This document shows, in pieces, positions 37,739 through 45,584 of a stretch of DNA of 64,000 nt. Source of the stretch: a bacterium. Lineage in GTDB: Bacteria > Patescibacteriota > Saccharimonadia > Saccharimonadales > UBA4665. The DNA lies in assembly GCA_021783725.1 (NCBI GenBank), contig JAJXTN010000004.1:12178-76177 (forward strand), written 5' to 3'. The notes beneath the pieces were generated by a model. It did not search any database and had not been told where the DNA came from. It saw nothing but the letters and a program-made list of their open reading frames with translations. The stretch's first letter is position 1, and every line of letters begins with the position of its first letter. Position numbers and translations under genes: made by a program.

Positions 37739-38584
37739 CTATTCCGCTGGCTCGAGGACTTCGCGCACTCTGTCGACCGCTTCTTCGGTACGCGAATCGT
37801 CAAACCACAGCACATGCCAACCTTGTTTCTCGGCGGCCATAACATTAACTCTCGAATCGTCGATAAGCAGTATTTCTTCCGGTGGTACACCAGCTCGTTC
37901 GGCGGCAATTTCAAATATCTTGGACTCTGGTTTGATCACTCCTACCTCAGAAGAATCAACCACGCTATCATAAGTTAAATCTGGCAAAGCGCCGGAATTC
38001 TTCATGGCTCGTAGTTGACCAGGCATGATATTAGTTAGTAAGCCGACTCGATAGTTTTCAACGGCCCACTTAAGCAAATCTTGCATTTCAACAATCGGCT
38101 CAACTGTTTCAAGATAATATTTTAGCCAATCAACTTGTTTGATATTGAGCCTTTCGGCCAAATATGTGTTGAAATCTTCCATGCTGAAAGTTCCGCGACA
38201 AACTTCATCGTTATAATGCCAAAAAGCCGACTCAACAACATCGGTCGGAACGCCGGTTTCAGTCGCCAATTTAGCAAACGCTCGTTGATAAAAGTGAACT
38301 AGACAACCATTAACATCAAAGTAGATAAAACTTACGCCACGCTTAGTAACATGTAGATTGCGCAGTGGGGCAGGGGGGCCAACTAATTCATCGAGAGTTT
38401 TACCAACAGCACTGGCTATCGACTGGACGGTAAAGATTGATGGTGATTTGATAGCCCCACGTTCTATTTTCGTAAGAGTAGAGAAGCTCAAATTGGCTCG
38501 TTGACACAACTGTTGTTGCGTCAAGCCAGCCGCTTGTCGCGCTAACTGTAGGCGTTTGCCCAACCCCTTCTCATCCATGGCCAT
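37739..38584 (-). CDS. XRE-family HTH domain fused to a HAD-like hydrolase domain
   Basis: The N-terminus is LGKRLQLARQAAGLTQQQLCQRANLSFSTLTKIERG. The C-terminus is HAD-like (IYFDVNGCL..., LLTN, LLIDDSRVNVMAAEKQGW). Confidence 0.7.
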   Translation of the reverse strand: MAMDEKGLGKRLQLARQAAGLTQQQLCQRANLSFSTLTKIERGAIKSPSIFTVQSIASAVGKTLDELVGPPAPLRNLHVTKRGVSFIYFDVNGCLVHFYQRAFAKLATETGVPTDVVESAFWHYNDEVCRGTFSMEDFNTYLAERLNIKQVDWLKYYLETVEPIVEMQDLLKWAVENYRVGLLTNIMPGQLRAMKNSGALPDLTYDSVVDSSEVGVIKPESKIFEIAAERAGVPPEEILLIDDSRVNVMAAEKQGWHVLWFDDSRTEEAVDRVREVLEPAE

Positions 38585-38632
38585 ATGTTACCAACATTTC
38601 GACCATAATCCAAGTAAATTAGTACTAAATGG

Positions 38633-38815
38633 CTAGTGAAAGTGCAAAACCCAAGTCATTATTGAATAGAACAGGAACATCGCCATTAGAAAGGCCATGC
38701 CAACCAAAAACCACACACTTTGTCCATTTTTATTGCCCAGCCGATGGCTCATTTTGCTATAGACAAAGCCGGCTACCCCAAGCCCAAAAAAAACTGCGAA
38801 AAGCATATTATTCAT
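38633..38815 (-). CDS. small 2-TM membrane protein
   Basis: 60 aa with two hydrophobic helices, 14 nt downstream of the HIT gene. Confidence 0.4.
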   Translation of the reverse strand: MNNMLFAVFFGLGVAGFVYSKMSHRLGNKNGQSVWFLVGMAFLMAMFLFYSIMTWVLHFH

Positions 38816-38829
38816 CTATTAATTGTATC

Positions 38830-39225
38830 CTAGAAAGCTAATTTAGTGACCATTTCATTGAGTTCGGCGAAGTTTGGCTCAGCCGACATATCTGGTTGTC
38901 GACGAAATTCATCAACTGTCGAGAAGGGAACTAGATGAACGTGAGCATGTGGTACGTCGACGCCAACGATTTGTTCGCCGATATAAGGCACTTTCAGAAC
39001 CGTTCGAAGGTGAATCGCGACTTTCTTGGCCGTTGCCAAAACTGCCTGATAAGTGACGTCATCAAGATCCCAGACGAATTCTACCTGTTGTTTGGGTACT
39101 ACCAAGACATGGCCGGGCTGGATTGGATGAATATCCAGAAAAGCTAGCGTCAGCTCATCTTCATAAACCTTAAAACAGGGGATTTCTCCTTTAATAATCT
39201 TAGTGAACACACTGTCTTCAACCAT
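38830..39225 (-). CDS. HIT-family (histidine triad) protein
   Basis: MVEDSVFTKIIKGEIP... and HAHVHLVP (HxHxHxx). The longer 5' extension in the track looks spurious. Confidence 0.85.
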   Translation of the reverse strand: MVEDSVFTKIIKGEIPCFKVYEDELTLAFLDIHPIQPGHVLVVPKQQVEFVWDLDDVTYQAVLATAKKVAIHLRTVLKVPYIGEQIVGVDVPHAHVHLVPFSTVDEFRRQPDMSAEPNFAELNEMVTKLAF

Positions 39226-39354
39226 CCAACAATTATAACAGTGCGGCCATTGCCATGCTTTATTAAATTTATCTGAACTATATCGATTACAGGGTCGCTT
39301 ATGCTTGCTGTTCGATAGCCAGTAGGTCGATATTGATAACTCGAAAGGACTTGC

Positions 39355-42216
39355 TTGAAGCACAAATTCAAAATCAGCCTATTACTATTAGTCGCTTTGG
39401 GTCTGAGCTTTTGGCTGATATTAAATAATCTATTCGTAGCCGCCCTGGTCGCTGATACATCGGTGAATAGCTGGTCATCCCCAAGTATAATCGCTACAAA
39501 GCTACTCGGACCTGCCACCACCAGTCTGAATCACCCCAATCTATATCCGAATGTTGACTGCAGCCAAATAAGTTATCGACGGGCGAGCGATAGCTCGATT
39601 GAATTAGGCTGTTTCTACCGAACTGCTTACGGTCTGATTGATGCCGATAGTTATATGACAATCTTCAACGGCAGCAGTGAAGCACTGCCAATCATTCCCT
39701 ATAATCCCCAAGAGTTACTGGTCGCTTGGCCAGGTACGGCTGATGTTCTGACCTTAGATAGTGCCCTCAATGAAGGCGTCTACTTGGGCATGTATAAGAA
39801 TATTTACACCTCATTGAAAGATCAAAATGGGCTTTTGGGCGAGATTAATGGCAAGAAAGTCAGTCTAGCCCCCGAATATCGATTCCATGATAGCCATGGC
39901 GCCAATTTGATTATCAACCCTCAGACTATCACTTTCTCGTCTAACAGTAGTTGGTTAGTCGCTGAAACGGTCGGCGGGGCTTTCGTCAGAATCAATCTAG
40001 CTACATTAGACGTGAAGCCATTTGCACCTGCCTTCAGTACTATCAGTAGTTCGTCCTTGTTTGATTCGCATTTGGCGATTAGTTCAAGTGGGCGCTACGT
40101 GGCCATCAGTAACACCGTCGCCGACAGCTTTAAAGTCTATGATTTAGCCAGTTGTCAGACTGGCACCAACTACCAGCTATGTCCGTACTTCGACTATAAA
40201 TCCTACGTTAAATCTAAAATATCCAATTTAACATCTATAAAACAAGTTCGTTTCGTCAACGAGGAGTTGCTTAGTTTCGTCGCCAACACGATTAGCGGGT
40301 CGAACAGTTACCTATTAGCGCCACGCTCGGAGATCACCACGCTTAGCAACTATTTGGCACTGGGCGATTCATACACATCTGGCGAAGGTGCTTTCGACTA
40401 CGTCGACGGCACCGATACAACGGTCAACCATTGTCATCTATCACTGCACTCTTATCCATTGCTGATTAGTGGCCAGTTATTTGGCAATGCTGGTGGTCAT
40501 TCGGTAGCCTGTTCGGGTGCTAGAAGCCAAGATATCCTACCATCCAATCCTGACACTTACTCCGGTCAGATTATCCATGCCAGCCAAACAGCTAAGTTAA
40601 GTTCGCTAGATATTAGTCATCTGTTAAGCGACTACACCCCCGGCAACTTGCCACAATCCGACTTTGTTAGCCAGTATCAACCAGAAGTTTTGACCGTATC
40701 AGTCGGCGGCAATGATATTGGATTCGGTAACATGCTGGTGAACTGCGTAATGCCCCATTGGTCTCGATATACAAGTGATAACGTCTGCTATAACAGCTAC
40801 GAGGATCGGCTAGAGGTTATAAAATTGATCGACCGAACCGTTCCAACGTGGACCAATATATTCAAACAACTTCAAGCTAAATCGCCGTTAAGCCAAATAT
40901 ATGCCATTGGCTACCCCCAAATCGCCTACGACAAAGGACAATGCGCACTTAACGTTCAATTAAACAAAAGTGAGCTGGAGTTCTCGGCGGAAATTATCGC
41001 TTATCTTAACGGTGCCATTCAGCAGTCGGCCAAACTGGCCGCTATCAGCTATGTCGATATTGCTGATGCTTTATATGGTTATCGGTTATGCGAGAACGCT
41101 AGCTACAACACAGCCGTCAATGGACTAACGGCCGGCAAAGACAACGGATTGTTTGGCTTAAAAATATTGGGTAGGGAGAGCTACCACCCCACTGCTTTTG
41201 GACATTATCTTATTGAATCGACTATTTTGAGACGAACCAATAATTTTCGCTCGCCAATCAGCCCAGAATCGATCATTAATTCCAGCCAAAGCCTGCTCAA
41301 CAGCCCCAAAAGTGGACGAACTGTTCAAACTATCATTCCTGCAACCACCATCTTGCCAGAGATAGTCAACCCCAATACCAGTTATCCAATAGCTATTGAT
41401 GGCCAAACTAATGGTCTGAGACCAGCGACTATATATATGATTGAACTAGACCGACTGACTTCTGGTCAGGCAACCACTGTCATCACCGATTCACTGGGTA
41501 ACATCACTACGACATTTGTCCTACCAGCGGCTAACAGCGGTCCGCATACTGTCGATATCCTTGGCACTAACCAATCAGGTGATTCAATAGACATCACTCA
41601 ACCTATATATGTCACTGCCGGTAGTCTGGATAGCGATGGAGATAGCCTACCGGATACAACCGATTCTTGCCCATTAGCCCGAAACTCTGGCATCGACAGT
41701 GACAATGACGGTATCGATGATATCTGCGACGCCTATATTGGACCAACCTCATCAACTTCAGGCACTACGCCAGTCGGCAGCTCACCACCCGCCACCATTA
41801 CTACAGCCAACGATACAACAACCAGTAATATACCGATTAACCCTATGCCCTCAACCAACCCAGAACCACTAAGCTCATCATCTATAACTGGTAGCCTTGA
41901 GTCGCCTACAAGTGTTACGTCCAAATTGCGCTCACCGTTGTCGACCCGCCAGATTACACCTATCAAAACACCATCGAATAATTTAAATACAGCTTCAACA
42001 ATTGCCCCGAAGCCGATTTCATCTAATAAATTAATCAAAAATCTGATACCGCCGTCCGTGAAACACATCACCATGAGTAGCTGGTTGATCTATACAGTCT
42101 GGATTTCTACCTATCTGGTAGGCCTATTGCTCGGGCTTTGGGTAGCTTACCGAATTATTGCCTACGCCAGACGACGATCACACCGCAATAGACCGAGACA
42201 ACTAGCTATGGGGTAG
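39355..42216 (+). CDS. large surface protein with an SGNH/GDSL hydrolase domain, Ca-binding-type Asp repeats and a C-terminal TM anchor
   Basis: Signal peptide; LALGDSYTSGEG (block I), ACSGA (block II), VSVGGNDIGF (block III), SYHPTAFGH (block V); DSDGDSLPDTTDSCP...DSDNDGIDDICD; an STP-rich linker; a TM followed by the RRRSHRNRPR tail. Confidence 0.7.
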   Translation: MKHKFKISLLLLVALGLSFWLILNNLFVAALVADTSVNSWSSPSIIATKLLGPATTSLNHPNLYPNVDCSQISYRRASDSSIELGCFYRTAYGLIDADSYMTIFNGSSEALPIIPYNPQELLVAWPGTADVLTLDSALNEGVYLGMYKNIYTSLKDQNGLLGEINGKKVSLAPEYRFHDSHGANLIINPQTITFSSNSSWLVAETVGGAFVRINLATLDVKPFAPAFSTISSSSLFDSHLAISSSGRYVAISNTVADSFKVYDLASCQTGTNYQLCPYFDYKSYVKSKISNLTSIKQVRFVNEELLSFVANTISGSNSYLLAPRSEITTLSNYLALGDSYTSGEGAFDYVDGTDTTVNHCHLSLHSYPLLISGQLFGNAGGHSVACSGARSQDILPSNPDTYSGQIIHASQTAKLSSLDISHLLSDYTPGNLPQSDFVSQYQPEVLTVSVGGNDIGFGNMLVNCVMPHWSRYTSDNVCYNSYEDRLEVIKLIDRTVPTWTNIFKQLQAKSPLSQIYAIGYPQIAYDKGQCALNVQLNKSELEFSAEIIAYLNGAIQQSAKLAAISYVDIADALYGYRLCENASYNTAVNGLTAGKDNGLFGLKILGRESYHPTAFGHYLIESTILRRTNNFRSPISPESIINSSQSLLNSPKSGRTVQTIIPATTILPEIVNPNTSYPIAIDGQTNGLRPATIYMIELDRLTSGQATTVITDSLGNITTTFVLPAANSGPHTVDILGTNQSGDSIDITQPIYVTAGSLDSDGDSLPDTTDSCPLARNSGIDSDNDGIDDICDAYIGPTSSTSGTTPVGSSPPATITTANDTTTSNIPINPMPSTNPEPLSSSSITGSLESPTSVTSKLRSPLSTRQITPIKTPSNNLNTASTIAPKPISSNKLIKNLIPPSVKHITMSSWLIYTVWISTYLVGLLLGLWVAYRIIAYARRRSHRNRPRQLAMG

Positions 42217-42223
42217 GGAATAG

Positions 42224-42484
42224 TTACTTGGTTTTGGGTGGAATGTAGGGGTGCTCGCGATTGTATGGAATCAAGACGACCAAGAAATAGATTGCGGCAC
42301 CGATTAAAGGTAGTAGGATTATCGCCGCCAACCACAGCCAACGATGCTTGACGTCTTGATGCTGTAATACGTGAATGATGCTCAAAACCATCAAAACTAG
42401 CGTCACGCTGACAGCCAGCATCGTAATCGCCCACATAATCATAAAAGTGCCGACAAGCCCATTGGTATTTACGGTCGCATACAT
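42224..42484 (-). CDS. small membrane protein, PLD-nuclease N-terminal (PLDc_N)-like
   Basis: ...HRWLWLAAIILLPLIGAAIYFLV is characteristic of PLDc_N. Confidence 0.55.
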   Translation of the reverse strand: MYATVNTNGLVGTFMIMWAITMLAVSVTLVLMVLSIIHVLQHQDVKHRWLWLAAIILLPLIGAAIYFLVVLIPYNREHPYIPPKTK

Positions 42485-42574
42485 TTATATAGTGTAACCC
42501 AGTAACAGGGCATGTGGAAAAATGCTTGAATAAATTTAGTATTGTATTTTACGGCTTTCGACTACAATGAGTTC

Positions 42575-43753
42575 ATGCTTTGGATTCGAAATGGAGTTGT
42601 TTACTTTCTGTCGGTAATTTTGTTCCTGTGTTTGCTAGCTGGCGCGGCTGCTACCAGTATTAATATTGCTGGTGCTCATCCCGACAAAATCGAATCTTGG
42701 CTATCACAAAGTGGCCTGTACACCAGCATCGTCAACACAGCAATCAAACAAGCTCAAACCTCTACTAATTCCAACGGTAACAGTGGTGTTTTGCTAAGCG
42801 ATCCAGCAGTCCAACAAGCCGCCAAAACAGCCTTCACGACCGATTTATTACGAACCAGCGTTAATACCATCATCAACAGTAATTACGCCTGGCTAGAAGG
42901 CAAAACCGCCAAACCGCTTTTCTCAGTCGATTTAACAACCGCCAAACAGACATTCGCTCAACTTATCGGCGACAGCGTCACTAAACGTTTAGCCAGTTTA
43001 CCGGTTTGCACTCTAGCCCAAGCTGTTAGTCTAAAAAATTATGATCCGTTAACTGTTTTCTGTCGTCCAGCAATTCTCGACCCAACTACCGCCGGGACAA
43101 CCGTCACTAATCAAATATTGACCAGTGACGGTTTCTTGAGCAACCCAGTCATTACCGCCGATACCATCGATCCTAACACTGGCACCAATGGTAGCGAAGC
43201 TTATTATGTTAGGTTCTCCTATGCGCCCAAGGTCTATCAGTCAGCCACCAAGCTACCATTCGCTATCGGCGCCTTAGGTTTGTTATGTGCTGTCGGCGTG
43301 ATATTCATATCGGCCCGTAAGCGCAAAGGCCTCCACCGCGTCGGCCTAGTGTTGACCTACGCCGGTATAATCCTGATTACAACTCGTTTTGTATCCGATT
43401 ACGTTCTAAAACAGATTGAAAAACAAGTATTCAACAACTCCTCAACTGGGGATTTGCAACAATCACTAACGGCTTTTGCGCATCTAGTTGAAAATCAATT
43501 AGTAAAAATTAACATGTACTTCGGTATCGCTTACCTTGCTCTAGCCGCCTTAATATTCATCACGCTAATGATCGTTAAAGGCAATAAAGTCAAAACACCG
43601 CAGACCGTTAAGTCCAGCGACAACAGCCAAGCTCCAGCCGAACCACCAGCTTCATCAACCGACAGCGTTACGGCCACAACAACTAATCCAGCAACGCCAG
43701 TTTATAAATCACCTACTAAACCCAAATCCAACAAACCCCGTTTGATTCAATAA
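42575..43753 (+). CDS. hypothetical membrane protein (N-terminal TM, large ectodomain, 3 C-terminal TM, STP-rich tail)
   Basis: Called from the hydrophobicity pattern. I prefer the ATG at 42575. Confidence 0.5.
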   Translation: MLWIRNGVVYFLSVILFLCLLAGAAATSINIAGAHPDKIESWLSQSGLYTSIVNTAIKQAQTSTNSNGNSGVLLSDPAVQQAAKTAFTTDLLRTSVNTIINSNYAWLEGKTAKPLFSVDLTTAKQTFAQLIGDSVTKRLASLPVCTLAQAVSLKNYDPLTVFCRPAILDPTTAGTTVTNQILTSDGFLSNPVITADTIDPNTGTNGSEAYYVRFSYAPKVYQSATKLPFAIGALGLLCAVGVIFISARKRKGLHRVGLVLTYAGIILITTRFVSDYVLKQIEKQVFNNSSTGDLQQSLTAFAHLVENQLVKINMYFGIAYLALAALIFITLMIVKGNKVKTPQTVKSSDNSQAPAEPPASSTDSVTATTTNPATPVYKSPTKPKSNKPRLIQ

Positions 43754-43813
43754 TTAGCTACTGACCAATCGTGCTCAGCCAAGCAATTTCTCTAATAATC
43801 TAAGGCTCATATT

Positions 43814-43832
43814 TTGGTGTACCCGACAGGAT
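43814..43832. repeat. 19-nt duplicate of the tRNA-Arg 3' end (TTGGTGTACCCGACAGGAT)
   Basis: Identical to 43994-44012. No cloverleaf can be drawn around it. Confidence 0.85.
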
Positions 43833-43961
43833 GCGCTTCGCTTGCACGGCAATCTCTTATCGGAGCAAGCTCCTGCACGTTCATGCCTGTACGTACCAAC
43901 GACTATGGTATTTTCTTGCAGAAAATCCCTGTCGTAGAACCCAATTCTAACGAGTACCAAT

Positions 43962-43987
43962 ACAAAAACTCCACCTTAAGTGGAGTT
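43962..43987 (-). terminator. rho-independent terminator downstream of tRNA-Arg
   Basis: On the minus strand: AACTCCAC-ttaag-GTGGAGTT followed by TTTTTGT. Confidence 0.65.
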
Positions 43988-43994
43988 CATGTAT

Positions 43995-44071
43995 TGGTGT
44001 ACCCGACAGGATTCGAACCTACGACCTTCGGCTCCGCAAGCCGACGCTCTATCCAGCTGAGCTACGGGTAC
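43995..44071 (-). tRNA. tRNA-Arg (anticodon GCG)
   Basis: Manual cloverleaf: acceptor GTACCCG/CGGGTAC, anticodon arm TCGGC-TTGCGGA-GCCGA, T loop TTCGAAT, encoded CCA. Confidence 0.9.
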
Positions 44072-44312
44072 TCGTCGAAACTTACGTCTCTGTCTCGTTT
44101 TGCCTAGCAGGCAAATGCTTCGATCAGAGACTATGTTCCTCCTCTCAAATTCACATTCAGTCGCGTACGCTCCTTGGATTGTGAATTTGGGTAATCGCAA
44201 ATTGCAACAGGGGTAATTCTAGCATGTTTGAGGTGTTAATGCTAGCCTGCAAGAGCTTTAATAATTTATTACGGTCAAATATGTCGTTTAACTGATAAAA
44301 TATGTTGGTCGC

Positions 44313-44412
44313 GGAGAGGTGACCGAGTGGTTGAAGGTGCTACTCTCGACGCCAGTCAAGCCGATTCGGCTTGACCAGGTAGCGAAAGAGTACAATTTAT
44401 TCACTCGTTCGC
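44313..44412 (+). other. tRNA-Ser-like 5' fragment followed by two stable hairpins (pseudo-tRNA or unknown structured RNA)
   Basis: GGAGAGGTGACCGAGTGGTTGAAGGTG mimics the acceptor and D arm of tRNA-Ser. There is no T arm or 3' acceptor strand. Hairpins GTCAAGCCG-att-CGGCTTGAC and GCGAAAGAGT...ACTCGTTCGC follow. Confidence 0.35.
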
Positions 44413-44427
44413 GTTAAAGAAGTGTAT

Positions 44428-44517
44428 GGAGAGGTGCAAGAGTGGTTGAATTGGACGGTCTCGAAAACCGTTGTGCCAGCAATGGTACCGAGGGTTCGAA
44501 TCCCTCCTTCTCCGCCA
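44428..44517 (+). tRNA. tRNA-Ser (anticodon CGA)
   Basis: Type II tRNA with anticodon arm ACGGT-CTCGAAA-ACCGT, a long variable arm, T loop TTCGAAT and encoded CCA. Confidence 0.9.
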
Positions 44518-44522
44518 AATTA

Positions 44523-44551
44523 AAAACACTCAGCTTGCCTGGGTGTTTTTA
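44523..44551 (+). terminator. rho-independent terminator after tRNA-Ser(CGA)
   Basis: AACACTCAG-cttg-CCTGGGTGTT followed by TTTTAT. Confidence 0.65.
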
Positions 44552-44673
44552 TATTGACTGATAGGGATTGGTGATAATCATCTAGGGTTCGGCGAATGAA
44601 AAGCGCAGTTGATAGACTGCTTGCAAACTATCAACGAGCATCGCAAGAAGGAGTGTGGCGCAGACGCGCGATA

Positions 44674-44708
44674 TCCGTCCTTCTGATATGTAAGAACGGG
44701 CTTTTTTT
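44674..44708 (+). terminator. orphan rho-independent terminator
   Basis: TCCGTCCTT-loop-AAGAACGGG followed by CTTTTTTT. No annotated plus-strand gene lies upstream of it. Confidence 0.4.
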
Positions 44709-44725
44709 AATGTAGCCAATCCCTG

Positions 44726-45538
44726 TTAGGGATTGTTTCTCAGAAATGTACTGATGGCCGCGGACACTTGTCCGCTCATAACCAAATTATTCCAATAAAT
44801 CACTTGTGAACTTTTGTGGGTGGCGACTTGAGCTGGGTCAACCTTCATTAAACTGACTGAGTTGTTGGCGCTAGACTTCAGAGTAAATACTACTGTGCTC
44901 GCCGAGAATAATGGATCAGTGGTAATTGATTGCAGTTTGGCGAAATAAACTGTGCCGTCATTGAAAAATACCGCTTGATATTGACCAGTCTTAATATATT
45001 TGTCGATCGAAGCCGATGGGTAGGCATCGCTTACAGTTGGGGCAGGGGTAGCCTTGTTGGAAGCGATGATTGCAGAATAGATCTTATCGGTTGAAGCTAG
45101 CGGGGTAACCGTCGCCACACTCGCTAGATTGATATACATAGCTGATTCCGGAGCGTGTAACTCCTTACCCAATAACACTATCGTGCCACTACTGGTTGCA
45201 TAATATGCCGGAGTGAGACGAATGTAGCTATCGTTAATCTTTTGAACTTTGCCATAATAGACATTGCCAGTAGATAGGTTGCTACCCGTGAGCGTTACTG
45301 AATAATAGTCAGATTTCTGTATTGGCGTGCCTTTAATCGTAACTGGCTGAGCGGTTTTTACAGTACTGGCCGAATTACTAATTTTGGATGCTGATGCATG
45401 ACTAGATACTGAAGCTGTAGTTTTAGCCTTAATTGAACCGTTATTATACACAAACCAGCCAATCGACGAGATTGAAAGTATGATAGCTAAAATTATAAAT
45501 GTTTCAATTAACCCGAACCCTTTTTGATTATTCTTCAT
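44726..45538 (-). CDS. type IV pilin-like protein (prepilin-type N-terminus)
   Basis: MKNNQKGFGLIETFIILAIILSISSIG gives the G/F cleavage motif with Glu at +5 and a hydrophobic helix. The body is Ser/Thr-rich with two related beta-rich halves. Confidence 0.65.
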   Translation of the reverse strand: MKNNQKGFGLIETFIILAIILSISSIGWFVYNNGSIKAKTTASVSSHASASKISNSASTVKTAQPVTIKGTPIQKSDYYSVTLTGSNLSTGNVYYGKVQKINDSYIRLTPAYYATSSGTIVLLGKELHAPESAMYINLASVATVTPLASTDKIYSAIIASNKATPAPTVSDAYPSASIDKYIKTGQYQAVFFNDGTVYFAKLQSITTDPLFSASTVVFTLKSSANNSVSLMKVDPAQVATHKSSQVIYWNNLVMSGQVSAAISTFLRNNP

Positions 45539-45584
45539 ACCAGCCAGTATAAACAATTATTTCGTATTGTCCATAACGCTTATC

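Noticed and set aside
39226-39521. The 5' extension of the HIT ORF to 39363, and the 123-aa ORF at 39150-39521 (-).
   Set aside because: The extension (MLQASPFELSISTYWLSNSKHKRPCNRY...) has no HIT homology and overlaps the start of the SGNH gene. The HIT family begins at MVEDSVFTKII. The 123-aa ORF overlaps both genes.
43833-43994. A second tRNA gene using the duplicated 3' end.
   Set aside because: There is no complementary 5' acceptor strand, no T loop (TTCGAAT-type) and no D arm, so a cloverleaf cannot be drawn.
43814-44200. ORFs 43814-44107 (+) and 43976-44200 (-).
   Set aside because: They overlap the tRNA-Arg gene and its flanking structured DNA. Translations such as ...RASACGAEGRRFESCRVHQ are the usual tRNA read-through artefacts.
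43754-44320. A genomic island, prophage or integrase next to the tRNA-Arg att-like repeat.
   Set aside because: No integrase, transposase or phage-like gene is recognisable within several kb on either side. Only the short scar is reported.
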